Assembly: GCA_030830685.1 (NCBI GenBank)
Contig: JAURMM010000133.1
Coordinates: forward strand, 1 to 47,246
Direction: 5' to 3'
From: Gammaproteobacteria bacterium
GTDB taxonomy: Bacteria > Pseudomonadota > Gammaproteobacteria > Ga0077536
Length of the DNA stretch: 47,246 bases
Shown: positions 31,116-40,064 of the stretch, piece by piece
How the letters are laid out: every line of letters begins with the position of its first letter
Position numbering within the stretch: position 1 is the stretch's first letter
The notes under the pieces: model-generated
Told to the model about the DNA's origin: nothing
Databases searched by the model: none
What the model saw: the letters and a program-made list of their open reading frames with translations, nothing else
Made by a program: the position numbers and the translations under genes

Positions 31116-33188
31116 GTGGATACCCGTCTGGGCGACCTGAGCGATCCGACGCTCTACATCAACCGTGAGCTGTCGTTGCTGGAGTTCAACCGGCGGGTCC
31201 TGGAGCAGGCCAAGGACGAGGGCAATCCGCTGCTGGAGCGCTTACGCTATCTCTGCATCTCCAGCAGCAATCTGGACGAGTTTTTCGAGATCCGGGTTGC
31301 CGGCCTCAAGGAGCAGGTTGCCTTCAATTCCGGGCAGATGGGCCCGGATCAACTCACGCCATCCGAACAGCTCAAACGCATCGGGGAAGTTGCACACCAG
31401 TTGGTCGCCGAGCAGTACCGGGTGCTCAATGACGTTCTGACGCCGCAGCTGGCAGACGAGGGAATCCGCTTCCTCAAGCGCAGTGAGTGGAATGTGAAGC
31501 AGGCGCAGTGGGTGAAGCGGTACTTCTACCGTGAACTGCTGCCGGTGCTGAGCCCCATCGGGCTCGATCCCTCGCACCCCTTCCCGCGCATCCTGAACAA
31601 GAGTCTCAACTTTCTCGTGTCATTGGAGGGCACCGATGCCTTCGGGCGCAACAGCGTCATCGCCATCGTGCAGGCGCCCCGCGCGCTGCCGAGAATCATC
31701 AACATTCCTGCTTCTTACGCCAGCAGTGCTCACGAATTCGTCTTTCTGTCCTCCACCATCCATGCCCATGTCGAGGATCTTTTTCCGGGCATGGAGGTCA
31801 CCGGCTGCTATCAGTTCCGTGTGACACGCAACAGCGATCTCTTCGTGGACGACGAAGACGTGGAAGATCTCCTGCACGCGCTTGAAGGCGAGCTGCACCA
31901 ACGCCGCTTTGGCGATGCAGTGCGCCTGGAAGTGGCAGTCGAGTGCCCGGACGAGATGGTTTCCCTGCTGCGCAGCGAATTCGAGTTGGGGCCGGAGGAC
32001 ATCTATCGCTGCAACGGCCCGGTGAATCTGACGCGACTCATGGCGGTGCCGGACATGATTGAGCGTCCTGAGCTGAAGTTTTCCTCATTCACGCCCTCGC
32101 GGCCGCGCCAGCTCCCGGTCGGCATCGATTTCTTCGAAGCCATGCGCCAGAACGATCTGCTGGTGCACCACCCTTACGAGTCCTTCTCACCGGTGGTGGA
32201 ACTGTTGCGCCAGGCCGCCGCTGACCCCGACGTCCTCCTGATCCGTCAGACCCTGTACCGCACAGGACCGGACTCGCCGATCGCCAGGACGCTGGTTGAG
32301 GCGGCGCGCGCGGGCAAGGAAGTCACGGTGGTCGTGGAGCTCAAGGCGCGTTTCGATGAGGAAGCCAATATCGAACTTGCCACCCGCCTGCAGGAGGCCG
32401 GGGCACACGTCGTGTATGGTGTCGTCGGTTACAAGACCCACGCCAAGATGATTCTCATCGTGCGGCGCGAGGGCAAGCAGCTGCGTCGTTATGTGCACCT
32501 CAGCACCGGAAACTACCACCCGCGTACGGCCCGCCAGTACACCGACTTCGGATTCTTCACCTGCGACAACACCGCAGGAATGGATGTACAGAAGATCTTC
32601 CACCAGCTCACCGCACCCGGTCGGGCGCTGCGCCTGAAGAAGCTGTTGCAGTCACCCTTCACGCTACACCAGAGCGTGGTGGCGATGATCGAACGCGAGG
32701 CGAGCCACGCCTCCGCCGGGCGGCCCGCGCGCATCGTCGCCAAGATGAACTCACTCATCGAGATCAATGTGATCAAGGCGCTGTATGCGGCATCCCAGGC
32801 GGGGGTGAAGATCGAGCTAATCGTGCGCGGAATCTGCGCGCTGCGTCCCGGCTTGCCCGGAATCTCGGACAACATCCGTGTCCGCTCGATCGTCGGCCGC
32901 TTTCTGGAACATTCGCGCATCTTTCATTTCCAGAACGATGATAACCCCGAGGTGTACCTCTCCAGCGCAGACTGGATGGAACGCAATTTCTTCAATCGCA
33001 TTGAAGTGTGCTTCCCTGTCGAGGACAAGCGTCTGCGCGAGAGGGTGTTGCGCGAAGGGCTTGAGATCTACCTCAACGACAACAGCCGCGCCTGGCTGCT
33101 GGATGCGGACGGGCACTATCACCGCGTGCGAGCCGGTGGCAAGCCGCGGGATGCACAGGCCCAGTTGCTGGCCAAGCTTGCGGAGTGA
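31116..33188 (+). CDS. ppk1: Polyphosphate kinase 1
   Basis: YINRELSLLEFNRRVL, SNLDEFFEIRVAGL, HHPYESF, ELKARFDEEAN, KTHAK, HLSTGNY, IVRGICAL, GRFLEHSR, SADWMERN; GTG 31116 with GAGGGAG upstream (ORF track opens at 31098). Confidence 0.98.
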   Translation: MDTRLGDLSDPTLYINRELSLLEFNRRVLEQAKDEGNPLLERLRYLCISSSNLDEFFEIRVAGLKEQVAFNSGQMGPDQLTPSEQLKRIGEVAHQLVAEQYRVLNDVLTPQLADEGIRFLKRSEWNVKQAQWVKRYFYRELLPVLSPIGLDPSHPFPRILNKSLNFLVSLEGTDAFGRNSVIAIVQAPRALPRIINIPASYASSAHEFVFLSSTIHAHVEDLFPGMEVTGCYQFRVTRNSDLFVDDEDVEDLLHALEGELHQRRFGDAVRLEVAVECPDEMVSLLRSEFELGPEDIYRCNGPVNLTRLMAVPDMIERPELKFSSFTPSRPRQLPVGIDFFEAMRQNDLLVHHPYESFSPVVELLRQAAADPDVLLIRQTLYRTGPDSPIARTLVEAARAGKEVTVVVELKARFDEEANIELATRLQEAGAHVVYGVVGYKTHAKMILIVRREGKQLRRYVHLSTGNYHPRTARQYTDFGFFTCDNTAGMDVQKIFHQLTAPGRALRLKKLLQSPFTLHQSVVAMIEREASHASAGRPARIVAKMNSLIEINVIKALYAASQAGVKIELIVRGICALRPGLPGISDNIRVRSIVGRFLEHSRIFHFQNDDNPEVYLSSADWMERNFFNRIEVCFPVEDKRLRERVLREGLEIYLNDNSRAWLLDADGHYHRVRAGGKPRDAQAQLLAKLAE

Positions 33189-33214
33189 GTGTTGTCTGAC
33201 GGGGTCTGAACAGC

Positions 33215-34789
33215 TCAGCTGGCGAGCGGTTGCGCCAAGCGCCGCACCAGCCACAGGATACGCTCGAAGATACCGGTCGCGACGAACAGCGCCTGGCGTT
33301 CTTCCTTGCCTTCGCCGGCCTGCGCGAGCAAGGCGCTGCGAATCTGCTCCATGAGATCACTGCGATCGGACGTCAGTTCGTGCAGGATTTCCTCGTTGTC
33401 CTCACCTGTGGCCAGCTGATCTGCCAGCAGGCCGAGAATCAGATGCAGTGATTCAGTCATCGAGGACGCGAGGCCCTCATGCCCCTCTTCCCGGCCCAGG
33501 GTCTCCACATACCCATGGAGTGCATCGAGCAGGGAACGCAAGGTGTCGTTGCGCCCCTGCAGCGCAAAGATGCGCGCCACCCATTCATCTGCCCCGCCCT
33601 GAGCGGTGGTCTCGGCGATGAATTCGGCGATGCGCGTACTGAGCGCGGTCGCACCCTGATGCCAAGCCTCACCTGACAGGACTTCGGCCTCCGGATCCAC
33701 TGTGAGCCTCAGAGGATCAAGCGCGCGAGGGAGCTCCCGAATCAACTCCTGCTGCTCCCGGTCTGCCAGCGTGAGCGCCGTCTCTGGATAACGTTCAGCA
33801 TCCGCATACAGGTGCCTTGGCGTGAACCGGCTCCCTGCCGCGTGAGCGCCGGCCAAACGCGCTACCAGCACCAGGGCTTTAGACTGAAAGAGTCCCCCGA
33901 CCAGTGCTCCGGCCAGTTGCAGGAGCAGGTAGAGACAAGCCACCAGGGTAGGCACCGGCACCTCAAGCTCGGCCACGCCGGCCAGCATGGCTGCCGGGTC
34001 TGGAAATGACAGCAGCCACGGCAGCACTGCCAGTACACCCAGCACCTTCACCACGCACTGCCACAGGGCCAGCTGGCGCGGCACTCCCACCAGGTGCGAG
34101 GTCACGAGCGCAACGCTCAAGCCCGAGCCCAGGCTCGCACCACAGACCAGCAGCAGCGCTTCCCGGATAGGCAACACTCCGGACAGATTCAAGGTCACCG
34201 CGAGCACGCTGACGGTAGCAGACGACTGGGCAATCAAGGTCACGATGAGACCGATCAACACCGCAATGGCCGGTGACTCCGCCGAAAACTCGAAGAATTC
34301 GATCACCCAGGGCGCGGCTCGGAGCACCACAGCGCCGTCCTTGATGAGACCGAGGCCCAGCATCAGGATGCCGAGGGCGAAGGCCAGCGTGACCAGATGC
34401 CGTGCGGTGGGATGACGGTTTACGTTGAAGAGATAGGCCAAAGCCACACAAGCGATGGCGTGCAGGCCAATCAGCCGCACATCCACGGCTGCTAGAAATA
34501 CCAGCAGCGAAGTCCCCACGCTGGCCCAGGCACTCAACGTCATGGCGCCTGCAAGCGTGAGTGCGCCGGCATCCAGCAGCCCGATGCAGATGAAGGCTGC
34601 AGCGCTGGTGCTCTGGGTCAAGGCGCCGAGCACCACGCCAGTCAGCGCGGCAGACGACGCACCGCCGGTGACTCGTCCGAGCAAGGCACGGGCGCGGCGC
34701 CCTGCCACGGCCTGCATGCCCTGGGAGAGCAGATGCAGCCCGCTTAGGAAAAGACCGAGGCCAGCAAGACTCGCGGCCGTCTGGCTCAT
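33215..34789 (-). CDS. Na+/Pi-cotransporter family (YjbB/NptA-like) membrane protein, divergent
   Basis: GLGLFLSGL, two repeats with QSTS (aa 59-62) and QSSA (aa 188-191), WASVGT and GASLGS in place of GANIGT; helical soluble C-terminal region of PhoU-like type. Confidence 0.8.
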   Translation of the reverse strand: MSQTAASLAGLGLFLSGLHLLSQGMQAVAGRRARALLGRVTGGASSAALTGVVLGALTQSTSAAAFICIGLLDAGALTLAGAMTLSAWASVGTSLLVFLAAVDVRLIGLHAIACVALAYLFNVNRHPTARHLVTLAFALGILMLGLGLIKDGAVVLRAAPWVIEFFEFSAESPAIAVLIGLIVTLIAQSSATVSVLAVTLNLSGVLPIREALLLVCGASLGSGLSVALVTSHLVGVPRQLALWQCVVKVLGVLAVLPWLLSFPDPAAMLAGVAELEVPVPTLVACLYLLLQLAGALVGGLFQSKALVLVARLAGAHAAGSRFTPRHLYADAERYPETALTLADREQQELIRELPRALDPLRLTVDPEAEVLSGEAWHQGATALSTRIAEFIAETTAQGGADEWVARIFALQGRNDTLRSLLDALHGYVETLGREEGHEGLASSMTESLHLILGLLADQLATGEDNEEILHELTSDRSDLMEQIRSALLAQAGEGKEERQALFVATGIFERILWLVRRLAQPLAS

Positions 34790-34800
34790 CGCGTGAGGCC

Positions 34801-35508
34801 TCAGTCGCGCAGCTTGCGCAGCGCGCCGAAGAGGGCGAGACCCACTATCACCAGGGCTGCCGTCACCACCGCAAGCAAGGTTGTGCGGAGTGTCTGGTAG
34901 CGCTCGAGCATCTGGCGGGAGAGCGCAGCACGCTGGCGGGTGGCGAGATCACTCAGCGCGCCGCTCAGTGCATCCAGTCGTTGCTCCAGTGCCCGATCGA
35001 CGCCTCGCACCCGGCGATCAACCAGCCTCGATTGCGCCAGCGGCAAGCTGTCCCGCGTGGTGAGGGCATCTGAAAGCGCGCGGTCATACACTGTGCTGAG
35101 CGCATCGAAGTCACGGCGCAGGGCCTCGATCTCCCGCGCATGACCGGAAAGCTGGTGAGCGGAGATTTCCCGGGAGAGCTGGCTGAGGATGGCATCCACG
35201 CGTTCACGCCGGGCATGAAACGCGGTTCTGTAATGATGGAGCTCGTCCGGTTCGGCGCCGCGCAGAAGGATGTTCTTCCATTCCTGTACCTGAATTTTGA
35301 ACTCCACCTGCGCCTGCGTGCCGAGACGCGCTGTCTCGCGCAGCCCCTCTGTTTCTTCAATGCCGCGGTTCCAGGCGCGATTCATGGACCAGATCGAAAA
35401 CAGGGACAGCAACCCCACCACCACCAGCACCCCTACCAGTGTGGTGGAAACCGAGATCAGCGCGCTGCGCAGGAGCGCGCTTCGGAGTTTGAGTGTTGGG
35501 GTGTTCAT
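34801..35508 (-). CDS. Two-TM membrane protein with chemoreceptor-type periplasmic four-helix bundle and no cytoplasmic output domain
   Basis: TM about aa 17-40 and 211-230; FKIQVQEWKNILLRG (70-84) and VDRRVRGVDR (163-172); only RKLRD follows TM2. Confidence 0.75.
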   Translation of the reverse strand: MNTPTLKLRSALLRSALISVSTTLVGVLVVVGLLSLFSIWSMNRAWNRGIEETEGLRETARLGTQAQVEFKIQVQEWKNILLRGAEPDELHHYRTAFHARRERVDAILSQLSREISAHQLSGHAREIEALRRDFDALSTVYDRALSDALTTRDSLPLAQSRLVDRRVRGVDRALEQRLDALSGALSDLATRQRAALSRQMLERYQTLRTTLLAVVTAALVIVGLALFGALRKLRD

Positions 35509-35514
35509 GGGATC

Positions 35515-35548
35515 AGCCTACAGGGTAAATGTGACCGCACGGTATCTC
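35515..35548 (-). promoter_or_regulatory. Candidate Pho half-box and -10 for the four-helix-bundle/Na-Pi genes
   Basis: Minus strand CGGTCAC (35537-35531), 10-nt spacer ATTTACCCTG, TAGGCT (35520-35515), 6 nt, then ATG; upstream half-site GAGATAC is poor. Confidence 0.35.
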
Positions 35549-35552
35549 GAAC

Positions 35553-37043
35553 TCAGCGCACGCGCAGCTTCAAGCCCGCAGCCTTGAGGAAACCGGCTTC
35601 CTGTTCGAGATCTGCAGCGACCAGTGCGTGGTCATCGAGCCACAGCTTGGGCAGGACGAGCCGCAGATTCGCACCGTCCACGGTGACGGACATCGCCGGT
35701 AATGCTTGCGCCCTGCGCGCCCTGTGCAGCACCACCGCAAGCCGCAACAGGACACTCAGGCGCCGGCAAGGTTCGCGCTCCGGTTCCGGCAGCTGGACGA
35801 GCTCGGCCTGGGGAAACTTGCGTCTGTGGGCACGCACCAGGAAACCCAGGCGCCGCTGCTCGCCACGCGAAAAACCCGGCATGTCGAGATATTGGAGAAG
35901 GTAGGCGCCGTGTTTCTGGTACTGGGAATGGGACACGCTGGAGCCAATCTCGTGCAGGCGCGCGGCCCAGCGCAGCAGCTGCCTATACGCCGGATCTGTC
36001 AGATTCCAGGCCTCGGCCGCGAACATGTACAAGGCATCAGCGGTCGCCATGACACGAGCGGTCTGGGCTGCATCCACGTGAAAGCGTTGTGCCAGTGCTT
36101 CTACCGTGTGATCACGGATGTCTTCATGCTCGATACGCCCGACGAGGTCATAGAGCACGCCCTCCCTGAGTGCGCTGGTGGAAACCTGCATCTGTTCAAT
36201 GCCAAGTTCTTCAAAGGCGGCCATCACAACGGCGAATCCGCCGGGAAACACCGCGCAGCGGTCTTCGCGGATGCCGAAGCGTGCCAGCTGGTCTACATGC
36301 CCGAAGTCGAGCAGCGCCGCCCTCAGCCGTTGGAGACCGGCGCGGGTGATGCCTTCTGCACTGAACTTGTGCAAGGCCAGGGCATCCGCCACTGCCAGCA
36401 AGGTGCCGGAGGAGCCGATGGCAGACTGCCAGCCTTCACGGCGGAATTGCTCCTCGATCGGTTCGAATTCCTGGCCGGCGGCAAGCTCTGCCGCTCGCAG
36501 GCGCTTGGTGTCGATGCCCCCGTCACTGAAAAACTGTGCGGTCATGCTCACGCATCCCATATGGAGGCTTTCCATGATGCGCGGCTCATGGCGCCGACCG
36601 AGGATGAGCTCGGTACTGCCGCCGCCGATATCCATGACGAGGCGCTGACCGGCAACCTCGGCAAGGCCGTGCGAAACACCCACGTAGATGAGACGGGCTT
36701 CCTCGATCCCGGACACGATGTCGATCGGGTGGCCCAACAGGCGTTCGGCCCGACGCAGGAAAATATCGGCGTTGCGGGCCCGGCGCAGGGCGTTGGTCCC
36801 CACCGCCCGTACCGCACCCGCCGGCAGGTGCCGCACCCGTTCGCCAAAGCGCTGCAAGCACCCTAACGCAGTCTCCATGGCGTCCGCCGTGAGACTGCCC
36901 TCGGCATCCAGACCTGCACCCAGACGGGTCACCTCCCGCAGCCTGTCCAGCACCTTGAGATGCCCGGGACGCGGCTCGGCCACCACCAGATGGAAACTGT
37001 TGGAGCCAAGGTCGATGGCCGCGATGGGATGGGATTGGGGCAT
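35553..37043 (-). CDS. ppx: Exopolyphosphatase (Ppx/GppA family)
   Basis: AAIDLGSNSFHL, RAVGTNALR, ISGIEEARL-type IVSGIEEARLIY, MDIGGGSTE, HD region LHEIG, GFSRGEQ. Confidence 0.93.
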   Translation of the reverse strand: MPQSHPIAAIDLGSNSFHLVVAEPRPGHLKVLDRLREVTRLGAGLDAEGSLTADAMETALGCLQRFGERVRHLPAGAVRAVGTNALRRARNADIFLRRAERLLGHPIDIVSGIEEARLIYVGVSHGLAEVAGQRLVMDIGGGSTELILGRRHEPRIMESLHMGCVSMTAQFFSDGGIDTKRLRAAELAAGQEFEPIEEQFRREGWQSAIGSSGTLLAVADALALHKFSAEGITRAGLQRLRAALLDFGHVDQLARFGIREDRCAVFPGGFAVVMAAFEELGIEQMQVSTSALREGVLYDLVGRIEHEDIRDHTVEALAQRFHVDAAQTARVMATADALYMFAAEAWNLTDPAYRQLLRWAARLHEIGSSVSHSQYQKHGAYLLQYLDMPGFSRGEQRRLGFLVRAHRRKFPQAELVQLPEPEREPCRRLSVLLRLAVVLHRARRAQALPAMSVTVDGANLRLVLPKLWLDDHALVAADLEQEAGFLKAAGLKLRVR

Positions 37044-37078
37044 GGGCAGGCAGTGGCCGTCAGAAGGAGCGCGGTCCG

Positions 37079-37084
37079 ATTATA
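37079..37084 (-). promoter_or_regulatory. -10 hexamer upstream of ppx
   Basis: Perfect TATAAT on the minus strand 35 nt upstream of the ppx ATG; no clear -35. Confidence 0.5.
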
Positions 37085-37118
37085 GGCCTGCGCTAACGCC
37101 TTTGCCGCACTGCGTGAG

Positions 37119-37124
37119 TATAAT
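37119..37124 (+). promoter_or_regulatory. -10 hexamer upstream of typA
   Basis: Perfect TATAAT 30 nt upstream of the typA GTG; no clear -35. Confidence 0.5.
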
Positions 37125-37154
37125 GCCGGCCCCCCGCCCCACCCGGACATCCCC

Positions 37155-38975
37155 GTGATCCAGAAGCTCCGCAATATCGCCATCATCGCGCACGTCGATC
37201 ATGGCAAGACCACACTCGTCGACCAACTGCTCCGTCAGTCCGGCACCCTCAACCAGCGCAAGGATACGGGCGAGCGCGTGATGGACAGCAATGATCTCGA
37301 GCGCGAGCGCGGGATCACGATTCTTGCCAAGAACACCGCCATCACCTGGGGCGATTACCACATCAACATCGTCGACACCCCCGGCCACGCCGATTTCGGT
37401 GGCGAGGTGGAGCGCGTGCTGTCCATGGTGGATTCGGTGCTGCTGCTGGTCGATGCGGTGGAAGGCCCGATGCCCCAGACCCGCTTCGTGACGCACAAGG
37501 CGTTCGCGCAAGGCCTGAAGCCCATCGTGGTGATCAACAAGATTGATCGACCCGGCGCACGTCCGGACTGGGTGCTGGATCAGACTTTCGATCTCTTCGA
37601 TCGCCTGGGCGCAACGGAAGAACAGCTGGATTTCCCCGTGATCTATGCCTCGGCCATGCTTGGCTATGCCAAGCACACGCCAGGCGGTTCCGAGACCGAC
37701 ATGACTGCGCTGTTCGAAGCCATCGTCGCGCACGTGCCGCCGCCGGATGTGGATACCGAGGGTCCGTTCCAGATGCAGGTCAGCTCGCTCGATTACTCGA
37801 GCTATGTGGGCGCCATCTGCATCGGCCGCATCAAGCGCGGCACCATCCGCCCGAACACCAATGTCACCATCATCGATGCACAGGGTGCCACACGTAACGA
37901 GCGCATCCTGGAGGTGCTCGGCTTCCATGGCCTCACGCGCGAGGCACGCAGCGAAGCCAGCGCCGGCGACATCGTGGCACTCACCGGCATCGAGGCACCC
38001 CGCATCTCGGACACACTGTGCCTGCCCACTGCCGTGGAAGCGCTTCCCGCACTGCTGGTGGATGAACCCACGGTGAGCATGAGTTTCGAGGTTTCTGATT
38101 CGCCGTTCGTGGGTCGTGAGGGCCAGTTCGTGACGAGCCGTCAGCTCGGTGAGCGTCTGCAGCGCGAACTGATTCACAACGTGGCCTTGCGCGTAGAGCC
38201 GACCAACGATCCGAAGGTGTTCAACGTATCAGGACGCGGCGAGCTGCATCTGGCAGTGCTCATCGAGAACATGCGGCGCGAAGGGTATGAGCTGGCAGTT
38301 GGTCGCCCGCAGGTGATCCTGAAGGAAATCGATGGCGAGATGTGCGAACCCTACGAGCAGCTCACCGTGGATGTGCCTACGGAAGCACAGGGTGCGGTGA
38401 TGGAGAAGCTGGGTTCCCGCAAAGGCACGCTCAACGACATGGTGCCGGACGGCAAAGGTCGCGTGCGCCTCGACTACTCGATTCCCTCACGGGGCCTCAT
38501 CGGTTTCCGCACCGAGTTCATGACCGCCACCTCGGGTGAAGGCCTCATCTACCACACCTTCGAGAAGTATGCGCCAGTGAAGCCAGGAAACCTCGGCGGC
38601 AGGGTGAACGGGGTGCTCATCTCGAACGGGGAAGGCAAGGCACTCGCCTACGCCCTGTTCAGCCTGCAGGAGCGCGGACGTCTGTTCGTGGGCCACGGGG
38701 ATGAAGTGTATGAAGGCATGATCATCGGCCTGCATTCACGCGACAACGATCTGGTCGTGAACCCGCTGAAGGCCAAGCAGCTGACCAACATCCGCGCCGC
38801 GGGCAGTGATGAAAATCTCCTGCTGACGCCCCCCATCCGCTTCGATCTGGAGCAGGCGCTGGAATTCATCGCGGATGACGAGCTGGTGGAAGTCACGCCG
38901 GGCGCCATCCGCGTGCGCAAGCGCATGCTGAAGGAAACCGATCGTAAGCGCGAATCCCGCCAGAAATCTGCCTGA
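37155..38975 (+). CDS. typA: Translational GTPase TypA/BipA
   Basis: [55 protein letters not shown]. Confidence 0.97.
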   Translation: MIQKLRNIAIIAHVDHGKTTLVDQLLRQSGTLNQRKDTGERVMDSNDLERERGITILAKNTAITWGDYHINIVDTPGHADFGGEVERVLSMVDSVLLLVDAVEGPMPQTRFVTHKAFAQGLKPIVVINKIDRPGARPDWVLDQTFDLFDRLGATEEQLDFPVIYASAMLGYAKHTPGGSETDMTALFEAIVAHVPPPDVDTEGPFQMQVSSLDYSSYVGAICIGRIKRGTIRPNTNVTIIDAQGATRNERILEVLGFHGLTREARSEASAGDIVALTGIEAPRISDTLCLPTAVEALPALLVDEPTVSMSFEVSDSPFVGREGQFVTSRQLGERLQRELIHNVALRVEPTNDPKVFNVSGRGELHLAVLIENMRREGYELAVGRPQVILKEIDGEMCEPYEQLTVDVPTEAQGAVMEKLGSRKGTLNDMVPDGKGRVRLDYSIPSRGLIGFRTEFMTATSGEGLIYHTFEKYAPVKPGNLGGRVNGVLISNGEGKALAYALFSLQERGRLFVGHGDEVYEGMIIGLHSRDNDLVVNPLKAKQLTNIRAAGSDENLLLTPPIRFDLEQALEFIADDELVEVTPGAIRVRKRMLKETDRKRESRQKSA

Positions 38976-38987
38976 ACCACGGCCGCC

Positions 38988-39425
38988 GTGATCGCGCTCC
39001 TGCAACGGGTGACCGAAGCACGTGTCACGGTGGCAGGCGAGATCGCGGGGGCGATAGGTGCCGGCGTGCTGGCCTTCATCGGTGTGCAACCGGCGGATGA
39101 TGCCTCGAGTGCCCGTCGCCTCGTCGAACGTATCCTCGGCTACCGGATCTTCGCGGATGAAACAGGCCGCATGAACCGCGCCCTGCCGGAGGTCGCAGGC
39201 GGCCTCCTGCTGGTGCCCCAATTCACACTCGCTGCGGACACCCGCAAAGGGACTCGCGCGAGCTTCACCAGTGCAGCGCCGCCGGCGCTGGGTGAAGTGC
39301 TGTTCCAGGCCTGCGTGGACTTCGCCCGTGAACAACACCCGGTGGTGCAGACCGGTCGTTTCGGTGCCGACATGCAGGTTGCCTTGATCAATGACGGCCC
39401 GGTCACCTTCTGGCTGGAGGCCTGA
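38988..39425 (+). CDS. dtd: D-aminoacyl-tRNA deacylase
   Basis: MIALLQRVTEA, PQFTLAADTRKGTRASF, GRFGADMQVALINDGPVT (Gly-Pro motif). Confidence 0.95.
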   Translation: MIALLQRVTEARVTVAGEIAGAIGAGVLAFIGVQPADDASSARRLVERILGYRIFADETGRMNRALPEVAGGLLLVPQFTLAADTRKGTRASFTSAAPPALGEVLFQACVDFAREQHPVVQTGRFGADMQVALINDGPVTFWLEA

Positions 39426-39502
39426 GCAGAAGTGAGATTTCTGGTGGAATTCATGCGTCGCACGGGATTGGAACCTGCAGACGGCCCGGAGCACGGGCCA
39501 GC

Positions 39503-39964
39503 GTGAAACGCCTGCTGGTCGTCTGGCACTCGGCCTCGGGCGGCACCCGCCAGATGCTGGAGGCCGTGCTCGAAGGGGCACGGGATCCGGAGGCCGGCGC
39601 GGTTGAGATCATCGCTCGACCGGCCTTGTCCGCCGGGGAGGAAGACGTGCGGGCCGCGGACGGCATCCTGCTCGGCACACCCGAGAACTTCGGCTACATG
39701 TCCGGTGGACTCAAAGACTTCTTCGACCGCATCTACACCCCATGCCTGGAGCACACAGCCGGGCTGCCCTTCGGACTCTTCATCCGCGCCGGCAATGATG
39801 GGCGGGGCGCGGAACAGGCCGTGCAACGCATCGTCACCGGCCTGCGCTGGCGTCAGATAGCCCCAACCCTCATCGCCCGCGGGCCGCTGGAAGATACTGC
39901 GCTGGTCGAGGCGCGTGAACTGGGACTCGGCGTGGCGGCGGGGCTTGCCGCCGGGATCTTCTGA
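39503..39964 (+). CDS. Flavodoxin family protein
   Basis: HSASGGTRQM (FMN loop), GTPENFGYMSGGLKDFFDR, AGNDGRGA; GTG start. Confidence 0.85.
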   Translation: MKRLLVVWHSASGGTRQMLEAVLEGARDPEAGAVEIIARPALSAGEEDVRAADGILLGTPENFGYMSGGLKDFFDRIYTPCLEHTAGLPFGLFIRAGNDGRGAEQAVQRIVTGLRWRQIAPTLIARGPLEDTALVEARELGLGVAAGLAAGIF

Positions 39965-39967
39965 ATG

Positions 39968-39982
39968 CGGAAGAATCTTCCG
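39968..39982. promoter_or_regulatory. Perfect 7-1-7 dyad, possible operator upstream of the Rieske gene
   Basis: CGGAAGA-A-TCTTCCG; the loop is too short for a terminator and there is no U-tract. Confidence 0.35.
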
Positions 39983-40064
39983 GACAGTCGCGCACAGCAC
40001 TGCTGCACCTGTAATATTTCCGACCACGGCTTCTTGAACCAGGCCTTCTGAACAAGGACGCGTC

